DNA of 64,000 nt, from contig DAISZK010000004.1 of NCBI GenBank assembly GCA_036824855.1, positions 13,434 to 77,433 on the forward strand, given 5' to 3'. Source of the stretch: Chthoniobacterales bacterium. GTDB taxonomy: Bacteria > Verrucomicrobiota > Verrucomicrobiia > Chthoniobacterales > UBA6821. Below are positions 54,717-64,000 of this stretch, piece by piece. Under the pieces are notes generated by a model. It made no database searches, was not told where the DNA came from, and saw only the letters and a list, made by a program, of their open reading frames with translations. Positions within the stretch are counted from its first letter, which is position 1, and each line of letters opens with the position of its first letter. The translations under genes and the position numbers were made by a program.

Positions 54717-56168
54717 TCATTGGGAGGCCTTGAGCCCGGGATTGTCGCATGACTCCACCAAACCGAGATCTCCACAATTGTTGGTTTGTACTGTGGCATC
54801 GACCTCACAGATCCAGGGACGTGCATCGGGCCTGTGGTACCCGAAAAACACATGATCGAGAGTGATTCCCTCCGCGTGACGGATAAAGATCCCATAAGCA
54901 GGGGTGTTGCCGACCATGTTTGATTGGGGATAATCACCTTCCCGTTCTGGCGGCAGTGCCGGTAAATTGATATTTGTCATTCCGCCGGGCATCTCAAAAT
55001 AGCAGTCCTTAAGAGTGACATTGCGTACCTTGGCTCCGGGAATACCGGTAATGGAGCAGGGACCTTTGGTGGCATCGGCAGTCCCGAATGCACGGATTCC
55101 CTGAAGCAAGACGCCGTCAATCGAACCGGTGGGTCGATTGCTCTGTTGAAGATCGCCTATTGATCCATGCACGTCCCTGTGTCCGAGACGAATGAAAACA
55201 GGCTGAGAAACCTTGTAGAGGTCGAGTCCCTTAACCTCGATATCTTTGACAACCGATCCGTCGACCGACTCGATACAGAGACCGCCATACCTCGCTCCCG
55301 TGACCAGGTTGTTGTTGAAGATAAGATGAGAAATGGGACCCACAGTCGCAGTTCCGAGTTTGATCGCATTCGCATGCCAGGAAAGAACCCTGTTGTTTTC
55401 AACAACGATGTTTTGCAAACCCGCCTGCCCGTGTGACTTCAGGCAGATCGAGTCATCCTCGGAAGCCACGTCGCAGTTCCGAATGATAACATCATGAGAA
55501 TCGCAAATATCCATTCCGTCGAGATTCGGACAATAGGGAGGAGCAATAACCGTGAGGTGATCCAGGAGCAGGTGCGAGCACTCGCAGTAAACCTGGGTCC
55601 ACATCCTTGGATTCCTAAGCGTGATATTGCGGATGGTCACATCCTTGCTGCTGAAAATCCTAATTAAGGATGGCCTCTCAGACTCCTTGCCAAACATCTG
55701 GACAGACTGGCCCCTCCCGTCAATCTCCCCCTCCCCCTCGATGACCAGTCCATCGGCCTTGTCAGCGAAGAGAAGGCTTCGCCGGATGGCGGTGGCGGAC
55801 GTTTTATCAGGCATCAGCACGGGATAATCCACTGCGTTTGTTCCGCCCAAAAGAACCGCTCCCTTATCCAGATGCAGCGTCATCCCCGCTCGCAGCGTGA
55901 GTTGAGCAGAGAGATAACTGCCAGGCTTCAGAACCACGCGGCCTCCCGTCCCGCCGCACGCATCAATGGCTTTCTGCAATGATACGGTATCATAGGTGAC
56001 CCCATCACCCTTGGCACCGTAAGAGCGGGGATCGATCGTACGTGAAGAAGGGAGCACTGCGACTGCAGAAGAAGGAACGGCGCTCTGCGCAGACTGCGAA
56101 TGAACAGTACTCTGGAGAGATGTAAGCAGAAATAATTCACCGATCAGTGCAAGGCATCGTTGTTTCAT
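54717..56168 (-). CDS. GH28 family glycosidase (polygalacturonase/rhamnogalacturonase-like), secreted
   Basis: 483-aa ORF. N-terminal DPRSYGAKGDGVTYDTVSLQKAIDACGGTGGRVVL. Beta-helix catalytic strands PNLDGMDICDS (NxDG) and ASEDDSICLKS (G/S-DD). HANAIKLGT sits in the G-HG-x-x-IGS position. Confidence 0.7.
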   Translation of the reverse strand: MKQRCLALIGELFLLTSLQSTVHSQSAQSAVPSSAVAVLPSSRTIDPRSYGAKGDGVTYDTVSLQKAIDACGGTGGRVVLKPGSYLSAQLTLRAGMTLHLDKGAVLLGGTNAVDYPVLMPDKTSATAIRRSLLFADKADGLVIEGEGEIDGRGQSVQMFGKESERPSLIRIFSSKDVTIRNITLRNPRMWTQVYCECSHLLLDHLTVIAPPYCPNLDGMDICDSHDVIIRNCDVASEDDSICLKSHGQAGLQNIVVENNRVLSWHANAIKLGTATVGPISHLIFNNNLVTGARYGGLCIESVDGSVVKDIEVKGLDLYKVSQPVFIRLGHRDVHGSIGDLQQSNRPTGSIDGVLLQGIRAFGTADATKGPCSITGIPGAKVRNVTLKDCYFEMPGGMTNINLPALPPEREGDYPQSNMVGNTPAYGIFIRHAEGITLDHVFFGYHRPDARPWICEVDATVQTNNCGDLGLVESCDNPGLKASQ

Positions 56169-56342
56169 GGGATTAATGGGGAGGGGGTGAACAGTTTAAT
56201 AGATCCCTAGGAAAAAGACTCCATTCGGATCAATTTACGCGTATCGGAAATTTACAACTAAAGAATGTTTGATCGGGCCAAGGTGAATGTATGTTTGCAG
56301 ACTCAAGATGAGAGAGTTTCATCAATTCGTGATCTTTTTAGC

Positions 56343-58931
56343 TCAATAGTTAACGGTGTGATTTCCGGAACTAATCGAGGTGCACAGGCGATTCCCTTTA
56401 AACGTTACTTTCACTTGTTTGCCATCGATCATAATGCTTTGCAACTGCTGCTGTGCGCCGATCTGGATGGGCAATGCAAGCGTGGTGGTAAGACCCTCTG
56501 GAAGTGTTATATCCCCGAGAAACTTCGTGGCATCCTTACTCCAAGAGACTCTTACCGGGCCGAACTCGGTGACCACCGTTCCCTTGGCCCGGTTCAGGTT
56601 TCCAAGATGGGGTTCGATAAGAAGTTTTTTCATGGCCACCGGAGCATCCCTCCTGACACCCAAGACATAGGCGCTGAGAAAATAACCCGGATACATACCG
56701 TAGATGTGTGCTTTTGAGCCACCCCCATAGCTCTCCCAGGAACACTCCAATGGTGAATCGGCCATCGCTCGGAATTTCTTGCGCATCAACTCAAGCATGA
56801 GCAGGTCCAGATCGGCTTGATCGAGCGAGTAGAGCTGCTTGAAAAGATAATACGCCGTCATAATGCCCCCGCCGACATTTCCCCTGTTCACTTCCGAAAT
56901 CACGGCATCCATGACCCTTTTTCCGCGCTCCGGAGGAACCACTCCCCGATCAAGCGCAAAGAGGTTAGCCTCCAGCGTGGGAGGGAAAAAGCCATCCTTC
57001 AACCTGTTCTGCAAGAGATCCCTGGATTTGAAGGGAGTTTTTTCGGTAGCACTGGCCGCGATCTCGGAATCACTGAAATAACCTCCGAAATAGGAACCGC
57101 TTCGTTCATCCCAAAGTTCCCGGTTGATGGATTCCTTCAGCTCCTCTGCGGCTTTTTTATAGCGTAGCGCCGCATGACTGTCACCAGCAATGACTGCAAG
57201 CCTCGAAGAGTCCTCTAAGGCCCTGCAGACAAAGCAGTTCAATGGGGTTGTCTGACCGGTCAGATAACCGGTCGGGTTCTTCCAAACCACCCAATCGCGT
57301 GCAGAAACAAGACCTTTTGGCGTTCTTCGCGAGAGGAAGTACTCCATCTGCAATTTCACGGCAGGCCATACTTCCTTCACTGCGGATTCATCACCCGTTG
57401 CTTCATGGAAAAGACGTATACCCTCCACCCAGTCACAGGCCCGATCCTCCATTTTGGCATGAACATCGAATCGATCCGAGCAGGTGTGGGCCTTCACCCA
57501 CCCTTCCGGTTGGAGCGTGAGTGCCGTTCTGCGCACTAACTCACCCAGGAGTCTTGGGTCGGAGTAAACTGTATTTCCGCACCCGTTCACGGCCATGGCG
57601 GTACGGGTCACATCGTACGCGGGCGGGGTGTCATCCATCCACTCGACACGCTCCCGATCGGCGCAATCGACATAGGAATCCTCGCTGAGCACCTCGCAGG
57701 ATCGAGCGCACATTTCCCAGAGTTTGTTGAGGAAAGGGTCGTTGCAATGAAACGACCCGAGGCGATCGAAGGGATAGAGTCGCTCCATAAGTTTGAGACC
57801 AGTGACGGTGACCATGCCCTTAGTAACGGCGATCATACCATTCGTGATGCCACGCGTATCCAGAGTGAAGTGAGTCTGGGGTCCGGGCTTGGCAATGTAA
57901 TGGACATCGTAGGGCTCGATGGTGAGTTCGGAACCAGCATCGGCGGTCAGGTTAATGACCGGATAGGCCTGGACAATTCTGCCTGTGTTGAATTCCAGCT
58001 TCTGTCCCTCCTTCAAGGTAACGGGGAGGTTAACGCCGCCCTGAAGAGCGAAAGGGACCTCCTTTTCCCCCAGCATTGGGATCCTTCGGGCGGTCAACGG
58101 CCCCCAATCCGACCCAGGCACATCGATTGCCGACTTCCAGGAGGAATCATCATATTCTGCAACTGTCCAGTCCCCGTCCTCCATGGTGGCATCGACCTCG
58201 GATTCCCAAAGATTGGGCCATGTGGCTTTCACGGTTCGATAGCGCGTTCGGTTGCTCCAGCGCCATGTCCCGTCCGTCTTCGAAACGCATTTACCATCCA
58301 CCTCCAGGCACCCCGTTACGCCGGGACTATGCCTCATCACCTTGCCGCCGGAGAGGTTGCCCGCGACGAGCAAGGCCATAGCATTCTTTCCCGGCTTGAG
58401 ATATCGGGAGATGTCGATCGTGTCATACTCGGGGCCGTTGGGTTGAAACCTGGCAGGACCACGGTCGACATAGCTTCCATTGACCCAGAGAATGTAACGG
58501 GCATCGGCAAAGAGATGGAGGAAAGCCTTGGAGGGCTTGGAGGCGAGGTCGAACGTTTTTCGAAAACAGACAGCCACACCCTTTGCTTCCCGTGGAAGGT
58601 CCGTCCAAACAAACGCGTCCTGCAGAGCTTTGCCAATCGGGTCCTGCACAATCTTCAGACAGTGAGTGAGAGGCGGTGGCTGCGACGCCTTAGGACCGGC
58701 TATCGACTGAGCCTCATTGGTTTGGGCCATGAGAACGGAAAGCGGTTGGGCGAGTAGCACAGCCAAGGTCAGTCCGAGGAAGCTGGCACTATTCAGTGAT
58801 CGCAAACATTGGAGTTGGCTCTTGATGGGATGACTCATGGTTGTTGCTAAAAACTTACTGAAAACAATTTTACCCCTCTGTAGAACCGGGAGAAAAACCA
58901 TGGGATGAACTGAACTCTGTTTCATACGCAT
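56343..58931 (-). CDS. GH78-like alpha-L-rhamnosidase family protein
   Basis: 862-aa ORF. N-domain VCFRKTFDL...AFLHLFADARYILWVNGSYVDRGPARF. Six-hairpin motif SYVDCADRERVEWMDD (compare DCPxRdERlGWtGD). C-terminal KAHIYGMYPGYFLSAYVLGVRRD...LLIEPHLGNLNRAKGTVVTEFGPVRVSW. Start uncertain: ATG 58931, or ATG 58838 giving MSHPIKS...LAVLLAQPLSVLMA. Confidence 0.7.
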   Translation of the reverse strand: MRMKQSSVHPMVFLPVLQRGKIVFSKFLATTMSHPIKSQLQCLRSLNSASFLGLTLAVLLAQPLSVLMAQTNEAQSIAGPKASQPPPLTHCLKIVQDPIGKALQDAFVWTDLPREAKGVAVCFRKTFDLASKPSKAFLHLFADARYILWVNGSYVDRGPARFQPNGPEYDTIDISRYLKPGKNAMALLVAGNLSGGKVMRHSPGVTGCLEVDGKCVSKTDGTWRWSNRTRYRTVKATWPNLWESEVDATMEDGDWTVAEYDDSSWKSAIDVPGSDWGPLTARRIPMLGEKEVPFALQGGVNLPVTLKEGQKLEFNTGRIVQAYPVINLTADAGSELTIEPYDVHYIAKPGPQTHFTLDTRGITNGMIAVTKGMVTVTGLKLMERLYPFDRLGSFHCNDPFLNKLWEMCARSCEVLSEDSYVDCADRERVEWMDDTPPAYDVTRTAMAVNGCGNTVYSDPRLLGELVRRTALTLQPEGWVKAHTCSDRFDVHAKMEDRACDWVEGIRLFHEATGDESAVKEVWPAVKLQMEYFLSRRTPKGLVSARDWVVWKNPTGYLTGQTTPLNCFVCRALEDSSRLAVIAGDSHAALRYKKAAEELKESINRELWDERSGSYFGGYFSDSEIAASATEKTPFKSRDLLQNRLKDGFFPPTLEANLFALDRGVVPPERGKRVMDAVISEVNRGNVGGGIMTAYYLFKQLYSLDQADLDLLMLELMRKKFRAMADSPLECSWESYGGGSKAHIYGMYPGYFLSAYVLGVRRDAPVAMKKLLIEPHLGNLNRAKGTVVTEFGPVRVSWSKDATKFLGDITLPEGLTTTLALPIQIGAQQQLQSIMIDGKQVKVTFKGNRLCTSISSGNHTVNY

Positions 58932-58932
58932 T

Positions 58933-61839
58933 TCAGTTCGAAAGAATCATGGCGCGTATGTAGACGGCCGCATTCCTTTTGTCGGCTTTCAAGGTGACTT
59001 TCGAACCGGCAGGCACGTGAGCGCTGATCTCAGCCACTTGAAAGGTTGGAATCTGGCCGACTCCGGGTACCAAGGTTTCTTTGGCACTTAACACTCCGAC
59101 CTTCTCATCGTTTACAAGGAATGTGAGTTCATTCTTTGGAGTTGAAGCGTAGATAACTCTGATCATCTTTGCGTCTTGAGTGGCCTCAAATGCAAGAGAC
59201 GACTCCATGTCGAAAGGACCCGCAACTTTGTAGGGAAAAGCGGGATCTCCGTTGATCGGGACTTTCCCACTGGCAATTCCACGCTCTCCATCCATCCACT
59301 GCTGGGGAAAATCGATCGCGAAGGGAATATCCGTTTTTTCACCATTGGCCAGTGTTGCCGACAACACATGACTTCCGTTTTTGATCACTGTGAATTCCGT
59401 GCCGACGGAGGATTCATCACCATCTAGGATCGCGGATCCCTCCGCGTGAATCGTCACGGGATGCTCGTAGGTCTTTCCGGCCTCAACACCCTTCACCGAA
59501 GGTGGAGTGTGCCTTACAACCAGAGTTCCCCTGGAAGGGTGAAAGACACCCGATGGATCAATTGCGGCGACCTTGTAACTGCCATCGATCGCGGGTGCGG
59601 TCAGGAATGCTGACATTGGCTGGATTGATTGAACGATATCGGATGATGAGGGGGAAACCACATCTCGGATCAAAACGGCTTTTTTTCCCAATGTCGTCAC
59701 AGGTGCGATCGGAACCTCCGTCAAAGGTCTCACCATGACACTCGCCGGAAAAACCCGGTCCTGAACTCCGACTTCAGATTCCGGTACGATGTCCTGATAG
59801 GTCGGTTCGATTCCCGAGTTCAGGATGATTTCGTAGGCTGCAAGAGGCCAGACATTATCTGGATTAAAGTGGTAACCGGAGAGTTTGTTGCTGCCACCGC
59901 CTTGCGCGGAGCGCAGGCTGGTCGTGTAGACGTCGGTAACGATGACATCATGCTCTGAACCCCACCGGAAGGCATGAACAGACCAAATATCCGGGCCGAC
60001 ATCCAAGACATTCCCCGTGGTCGTGATGAACGCGCTACCCGCGTCGTGGTGAATGCCATACCTTTTTAGGGTTGGAAATTCAACGCTGCCCACTCCCTTG
60101 ACATAATTTCCACGGACGACGGTTCCAGGTTGGGCCCCCAGGGTATAAATGGCCCCCGAATCGTTGAGTCGTAGCATCACATCGAAAAAACGGTTGCAGG
60201 AAATGCTGTTATTACTGGCAGTCGCGGTTGCCTTACCCCCGACATTCCTCATGTTATCCCATCCCCAACCTAGACTCACTCCGTTGAAGCTAACGTGGTC
60301 AATGATGTTGTGGTCGACATGGAGCCCCGAGACAAAAAAAGCGCTCACAGCTGCCTCTCCGAAAAACTCCTGCGTGCAATCCTTGATGTAATTGTTGTCG
60401 ATCGAGTTGGAACGGCAGACCCGCTCCAACCCGGGTGGATATTTCTCTTTTGCAACGCCCGCTCCATCCTTGATGGTCAAATCCGGCGTATCGGCCTCAA
60501 AAACATGCTGGGGATGTCCCACAAGGACAGCGCTCCCGGCTACATCCCTGATCACATTACCCGTGATGTGCACATGATTGGCATCGTTGGGAAGGGCAAC
60601 CGCCTCTGCTGCAAGATGCTCGAGACTATTGCGGACAAGCTGAATGTGATCACAGTGCGCGCATTCGATTGCACCGGGTGGCACATCCAAATTCCTGTAC
60701 ATGTCGTTATGCCAATTGGGTGCCAGGGTGAAGGCGTTGAAATAGCAGGCCCCTTGGCATGAGGCTTTACCGTGTGATCCGTCAACCTCGGCCAGATTCC
60801 AGTCGCTGTGGGCAAAATGGAACCCCTTGAAGGCAAGATTGCGGACCGGATGACCCGGGTCTCTTCCCTTGATTGACATCAAATGCACCAAGCGAGGTGC
60901 GACAACCAGGGCGCTTGTCATGTCCTCACCCGCCCTAGGAATGTAGTAAAGAGTCTTGGCGGAGCGATCAAAGTAGAATTGGCCCGGTTCTTTCAGGAAC
61001 TCGTATGCGTTGGAGACCCAATGATGTCCTGCCGCGTCGAAATTATCCCAATAACAGGTTTGGGAAATGGCACCATAGGGCTCCTGATGCTTGAGGATCA
61101 CCTTGTTGCCATCCTGAACGACATCGCGGACACAGACCGTATTGCAGTTCCAGAGTTGGAAATTGGTGATTTCGACATCCTCGGGATTGCGATGGATCAT
61201 CGGCAAATCGGTGTAGATGCTGCGGTCGGCTTTGGAACCTGTACTCCAGGCCCATGGGGCCTGACCCGCCGTGACATGGAATCCCCCCCCTCGGGAGGCA
61301 AGTCCCATCATTCCAGCCATACAGGCACGAACTCCGTTCACGTAAAGGGATCTCAATTTGACACCACGATCCAGAGGGGCTTTCCAAAGATTGTTTTCTG
61401 CACGTTGCCAACCGGTGACACGAACACCACCGCTGAATACGACCTCTGTCCCCGGAAGTGCCTGATAAGTGACGGTTCCGGCCCCCTGCCCTCCATCCCT
61501 TTCATCAAAGTCGATCTGCCTGGTAAGAAAATATTCACCCTGGCCGATCCAAACGTTCACGTTCTGGTCCAGCCTAGGCATCTGTCGGAGCACATCCCTC
61601 GCTCTCTCAAGATGTTGAAAGGGCTTGGATTGTGTCCCCGGGTTGGTGTCATTTCCGTTCATCGACACGAAAAATTCCGTTTGGGCTGACGCTGCCTTGA
61701 GTGTCCCAAGGCCGAGAATGATCAATGCGAGAATACCCGTTCGAAATGGGCGATTATCCCGACATGAGATCCTATCGGCTTGATCATCATGTGACAGGAA
61801 AGCGGGTGTGCTCGGCTCGGGGAAAGTGAATGCTCTCAT
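58933..61839 (-). CDS. Large secreted right-handed parallel beta-helix protein (pectin-lyase-fold) with C-terminal Ig-like/CBM-like domains
   Basis: N-terminal FFVSMNGNDTNPGTQSKPFQHLERARDVL, typical of beta-helix enzymes. Repeated helix coils (HVHITGNVIRDVAGSAVLVG, NNSISCNRFFDVMLRLNDSGAIYTLG, VVRGNYVKG). I use ATG 61839. ATG 61890 would overlap the upstream GH78 gene by 41 nt. Confidence 0.55.
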   Translation of the reverse strand: MRAFTFPEPSTPAFLSHDDQADRISCRDNRPFRTGILALIILGLGTLKAASAQTEFFVSMNGNDTNPGTQSKPFQHLERARDVLRQMPRLDQNVNVWIGQGEYFLTRQIDFDERDGGQGAGTVTYQALPGTEVVFSGGVRVTGWQRAENNLWKAPLDRGVKLRSLYVNGVRACMAGMMGLASRGGGFHVTAGQAPWAWSTGSKADRSIYTDLPMIHRNPEDVEITNFQLWNCNTVCVRDVVQDGNKVILKHQEPYGAISQTCYWDNFDAAGHHWVSNAYEFLKEPGQFYFDRSAKTLYYIPRAGEDMTSALVVAPRLVHLMSIKGRDPGHPVRNLAFKGFHFAHSDWNLAEVDGSHGKASCQGACYFNAFTLAPNWHNDMYRNLDVPPGAIECAHCDHIQLVRNSLEHLAAEAVALPNDANHVHITGNVIRDVAGSAVLVGHPQHVFEADTPDLTIKDGAGVAKEKYPPGLERVCRSNSIDNNYIKDCTQEFFGEAAVSAFFVSGLHVDHNIIDHVSFNGVSLGWGWDNMRNVGGKATATASNNSISCNRFFDVMLRLNDSGAIYTLGAQPGTVVRGNYVKGVGSVEFPTLKRYGIHHDAGSAFITTTGNVLDVGPDIWSVHAFRWGSEHDVIVTDVYTTSLRSAQGGGSNKLSGYHFNPDNVWPLAAYEIILNSGIEPTYQDIVPESEVGVQDRVFPASVMVRPLTEVPIAPVTTLGKKAVLIRDVVSPSSSDIVQSIQPMSAFLTAPAIDGSYKVAAIDPSGVFHPSRGTLVVRHTPPSVKGVEAGKTYEHPVTIHAEGSAILDGDESSVGTEFTVIKNGSHVLSATLANGEKTDIPFAIDFPQQWMDGERGIASGKVPINGDPAFPYKVAGPFDMESSLAFEATQDAKMIRVIYASTPKNELTFLVNDEKVGVLSAKETLVPGVGQIPTFQVAEISAHVPAGSKVTLKADKRNAAVYIRAMILSN

Positions 61840-61849
61840 GAGACGGGGA

Positions 61850-64000
61850 TCAGAACGGTGTTGAGAAACAATAGGTTCCGCTACCCACATCCAGGAGCAA
61901 TGAACCCGACTCGAATCCCTTGATCTTCACACCCTTCACCTGGGCGACGGGTAAACCTGACTCGAGAACATGACCCGGCAAGGCTGTCGGCATGCTGATC
62001 GTCGCCGTCGTGTTCGCAGGAATTGTGACGGCCAGTTTCAGCTCCTTTCCGTTGCGATCCCATCGGCAGTGAATCGTTCCGTGCAACGACTCATAACTGG
62101 CATCAACCCATGTCAGATCGCCCACGACTGCAGGCTTGATCAGAATATGCGAAAAACCCGGATGATCAGGATCCGTTTGGATACCGGCAAGATCATGGAA
62201 AAGCCATTCGTTGATCTGACCCAGCATAAAATGGTTCTGTGATGACCCTCCGGCGTCCCATGCCTCCGTGAGGGCGGTAGTACCCCGCTTGAGCTGCATT
62301 CCATAACCCGGTTTCTCGGATTGATTGTTCAACTCATAGATCACGTCGGAGCGACCCCCGTCGGCAAGGGCTCGGAGAAGATAGCGATACCCCACATCAC
62401 CAGCGGTAAGACCTTTTTTCCTGACATCGGAGACAACATGGTCAAGCACGGCGGAGCGGTCGGCGGGAGGCACCAGATCCATGACAAGCGGAATGGAATT
62501 CGCACATTGCGATCCGGTGGCATACTGGTGCGTGGAAGGGTCGTAGAATCTTTTGTTAAAGGACTCCCGGATTTGCGTTGAGAGTGTGTCATATTTCAGG
62601 GTGTCTTCTTTTTTTCCGAGCATCCGCGCTGCGCGCCGGAGAATCTCGAGATCCTGATAATAGAAAGCCGTTGCAGTGAGGGCTGCAGGCGTCAACTGCG
62701 CCTTGCCCGGGGGCTTCGGACCGATGTCATACCAATCACCCAAACCGTAATCGAGAATTCCATCCTTTGCCTTGCTTCCCAAATAGGCCACATAGCGCCG
62801 GATCGATTCATAGGCGGATGCAAGCAGGGAAGAGTCACCCGTGAACTCATACTGCTGCCACGGGACCAAGGCGACGGCACTGCCCCACTCGGGTGAATCC
62901 CGGAAACCACCTTCGAACCATGTATACTCAGGCGCGATGTCAGGCACCAGACCATCTTTGGTCTGGGCATCCATCATGTCGTGCGTGATTTTTCCAAAGA
63001 GCGGATTGAGATCAAAATTATAACGAAGCGCGGGTCCGTTGAGGTGGTCCTGTTCGAGCCAGCCCAGTTTTTCTCGCGTCGGACAGTCAGTGAGCACACT
63101 CATCATGTTCGATCGCTGCGCCCACCTGACAAGTTGGTGGATGCGGTTGAAGAGTTCGTTGGAGCAGGAAAACGAGCCCACGCAGGGAGCTGAACTGTGC
63201 TGCACCACTCCTTCGACGCCCTCGACGACAGGTAACTCGCCTCCCGGGGAAACAGGAATCACCTCGACCCTAAGGTAACGGGCACCGCGGTAATAGAATT
63301 CAGGACGCCACGTCTCGGTTCCCTTTCCGGAAAGCGTGTAGATGCAGAACGATTTTCCCCCGCATGCCGGATCACTGATGCCGCCTTGGGCATTGACCAA
63401 CTCGGCGGGTGTGATTTTGACCATCGAACCAGCAGGACCTCGAACGTGAAGGCGCGGAACGATCGAGGCGTTTTGTCCAAGATCATAGACCCTGACATCC
63501 GGCGATAATGACTTGAAGGCGCCAGCCTTCAGGACCTCGATCTCACGCACCGGCCATGCGGATCCGGAAACGCCGCTCAATTCTCCGCCGGGTTCTTTCA
63601 ACTTGTCCGCAGGATGCCAAGAACCATCGGTATGGAATCCCGAACGACTCCATCCTTCCTGCTCTTTCCGTGCATCGTAATCCTCACCGCCATAGATGGT
63701 GTTGAAGAGAATCGGACTGGGTCCCTGCTGCCACGATTCATCGGTGACAATCGTTTCGCTGCTTCCATCGCTGTATTCCAAAACCAGTTGACCGATGGCT
63801 TGCAGGGATCCGAAGGTACCGTTGAATTTGGAATACCGGTCGGTCTTGGGCACCCGGTACATTCCGCCAGCCAGCGTCATGCCCAAGGTATTCTCCCCAT
63901 CCTTGAGAAAGGCAGTGATGTCGCGGGTGTCATAAAGAACAGTCCTGCGATAATTCGTCCATCCCGGCGTGAGGCGATCCGGTGTGACTGGTTGCCCGTT
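61850..64000 (-). CDS. GH78 alpha-L-rhamnosidase, N-terminus beyond the right edge
   Basis: The frame stays open to nt 64000 (reverse translation ...NGQPVTPDRLTPGWTNYRRTVLYDTRDITAFLKDGENTLGMTLAGG), so the ATG at 63886 is internal. Canonical GH78 motifs VLTDCPTREKLGWLEQDH and TEAWDAGGSSQNHFMLGQINEWLFHDLAGIQTDPDHPGFSHILIKP...LHGTIHCRW. Confidence 0.9.
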   Translation of the reverse strand, partial: NGQPVTPDRLTPGWTNYRRTVLYDTRDITAFLKDGENTLGMTLAGGMYRVPKTDRYSKFNGTFGSLQAIGQLVLEYSDGSSETIVTDESWQQGPSPILFNTIYGGEDYDARKEQEGWSRSGFHTDGSWHPADKLKEPGGELSGVSGSAWPVREIEVLKAGAFKSLSPDVRVYDLGQNASIVPRLHVRGPAGSMVKITPAELVNAQGGISDPACGGKSFCIYTLSGKGTETWRPEFYYRGARYLRVEVIPVSPGGELPVVEGVEGVVQHSSAPCVGSFSCSNELFNRIHQLVRWAQRSNMMSVLTDCPTREKLGWLEQDHLNGPALRYNFDLNPLFGKITHDMMDAQTKDGLVPDIAPEYTWFEGGFRDSPEWGSAVALVPWQQYEFTGDSSLLASAYESIRRYVAYLGSKAKDGILDYGLGDWYDIGPKPPGKAQLTPAALTATAFYYQDLEILRRAARMLGKKEDTLKYDTLSTQIRESFNKRFYDPSTHQYATGSQCANSIPLVMDLVPPADRSAVLDHVVSDVRKKGLTAGDVGYRYLLRALADGGRSDVIYELNNQSEKPGYGMQLKRGTTALTEAWDAGGSSQNHFMLGQINEWLFHDLAGIQTDPDHPGFSHILIKPAVVGDLTWVDASYESLHGTIHCRWDRNGKELKLAVTIPANTTATISMPTALPGHVLESGLPVAQVKGVKIKGFESGSLLLDVGSGTYCFSTPF

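Noticed and set aside
1-64000. Scan for CRISPR arrays, tRNA/rRNA genes, IS elements, integrases, prophage or toxin-antitoxin/defence modules
   Set aside because: I found no direct-repeat/spacer arrays, no tRNA-like T-arm or acceptor sequences in the few intergenic gaps, and no transposase, recombinase or phage-like ORFs. Every ORF longer than 140 aa that I accept is metabolic, regulatory or CAZyme-like. The window appears to be stable chromosomal sequence.

Overview
Almost fully coding, moderately GC-rich (by eye) bacterial chromosome segment. 33 of the 36 protein genes I call are on the minus strand, in tightly packed arrays that often overlap start to stop. 1-3.3 kb holds housekeeping genes: a truncated sugar-phosphate nucleotidyltransferase, larB, a GNAT acetyltransferase and mutL. 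3.4-36.5 kb holds two LacI-associated carbohydrate-active-enzyme arrays: GH3 x2 (one with a PA14 insert), a GH31 alpha-xylosidase-like enzyme with a PA14-like insert, GH43, GH2, a clan-F-like beta-propeller, an alpha/beta-hydrolase esterase, a 705-aa unknown secreted protein, and four members of a heparinase II/III-like paralogue family (a fifth lies at 43.5-46.8 kb). 36.5-43.5 kb holds an ExbB-ExbD-ExbD energiser with two secreted TPR proteins. The TonB position there is filled by a TonB-like SxxxH membrane anchor fused to a PA14-like domain. 47.1-64 kb is a rhamnose/pectin-type locus: rhaA, rhaT, a BNR beta-propeller, three GH78-type genes (one fused to an esterase), GH28 and a giant beta-helix protein. 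I saw no rRNA, tRNA, CRISPR, transposase/integrase or phage genes, and no SusC/SusD or TonB-dependent receptor. The style (giant signal-peptide-bearing CAZymes, Exb+TPR cluster) suggests a PVC-group, Verrucomicrobiota-like polysaccharide degrader, but that is inference only. Three things stand out. (1) The PA14-tipped TonB-like energiser module. (2) A five-member lyase-like paralogue family embedded in a xyloglucan-type exo-glycosidase set with no recognisable endo-enzyme or outer-membrane transporter. (3) A diverged partial copy of the rhaT 5-prime end that now encodes the N-terminus/signal peptide of the neighbouring secreted beta-propeller gene. All family assignments are by-eye motif recognition. 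No database search was run.
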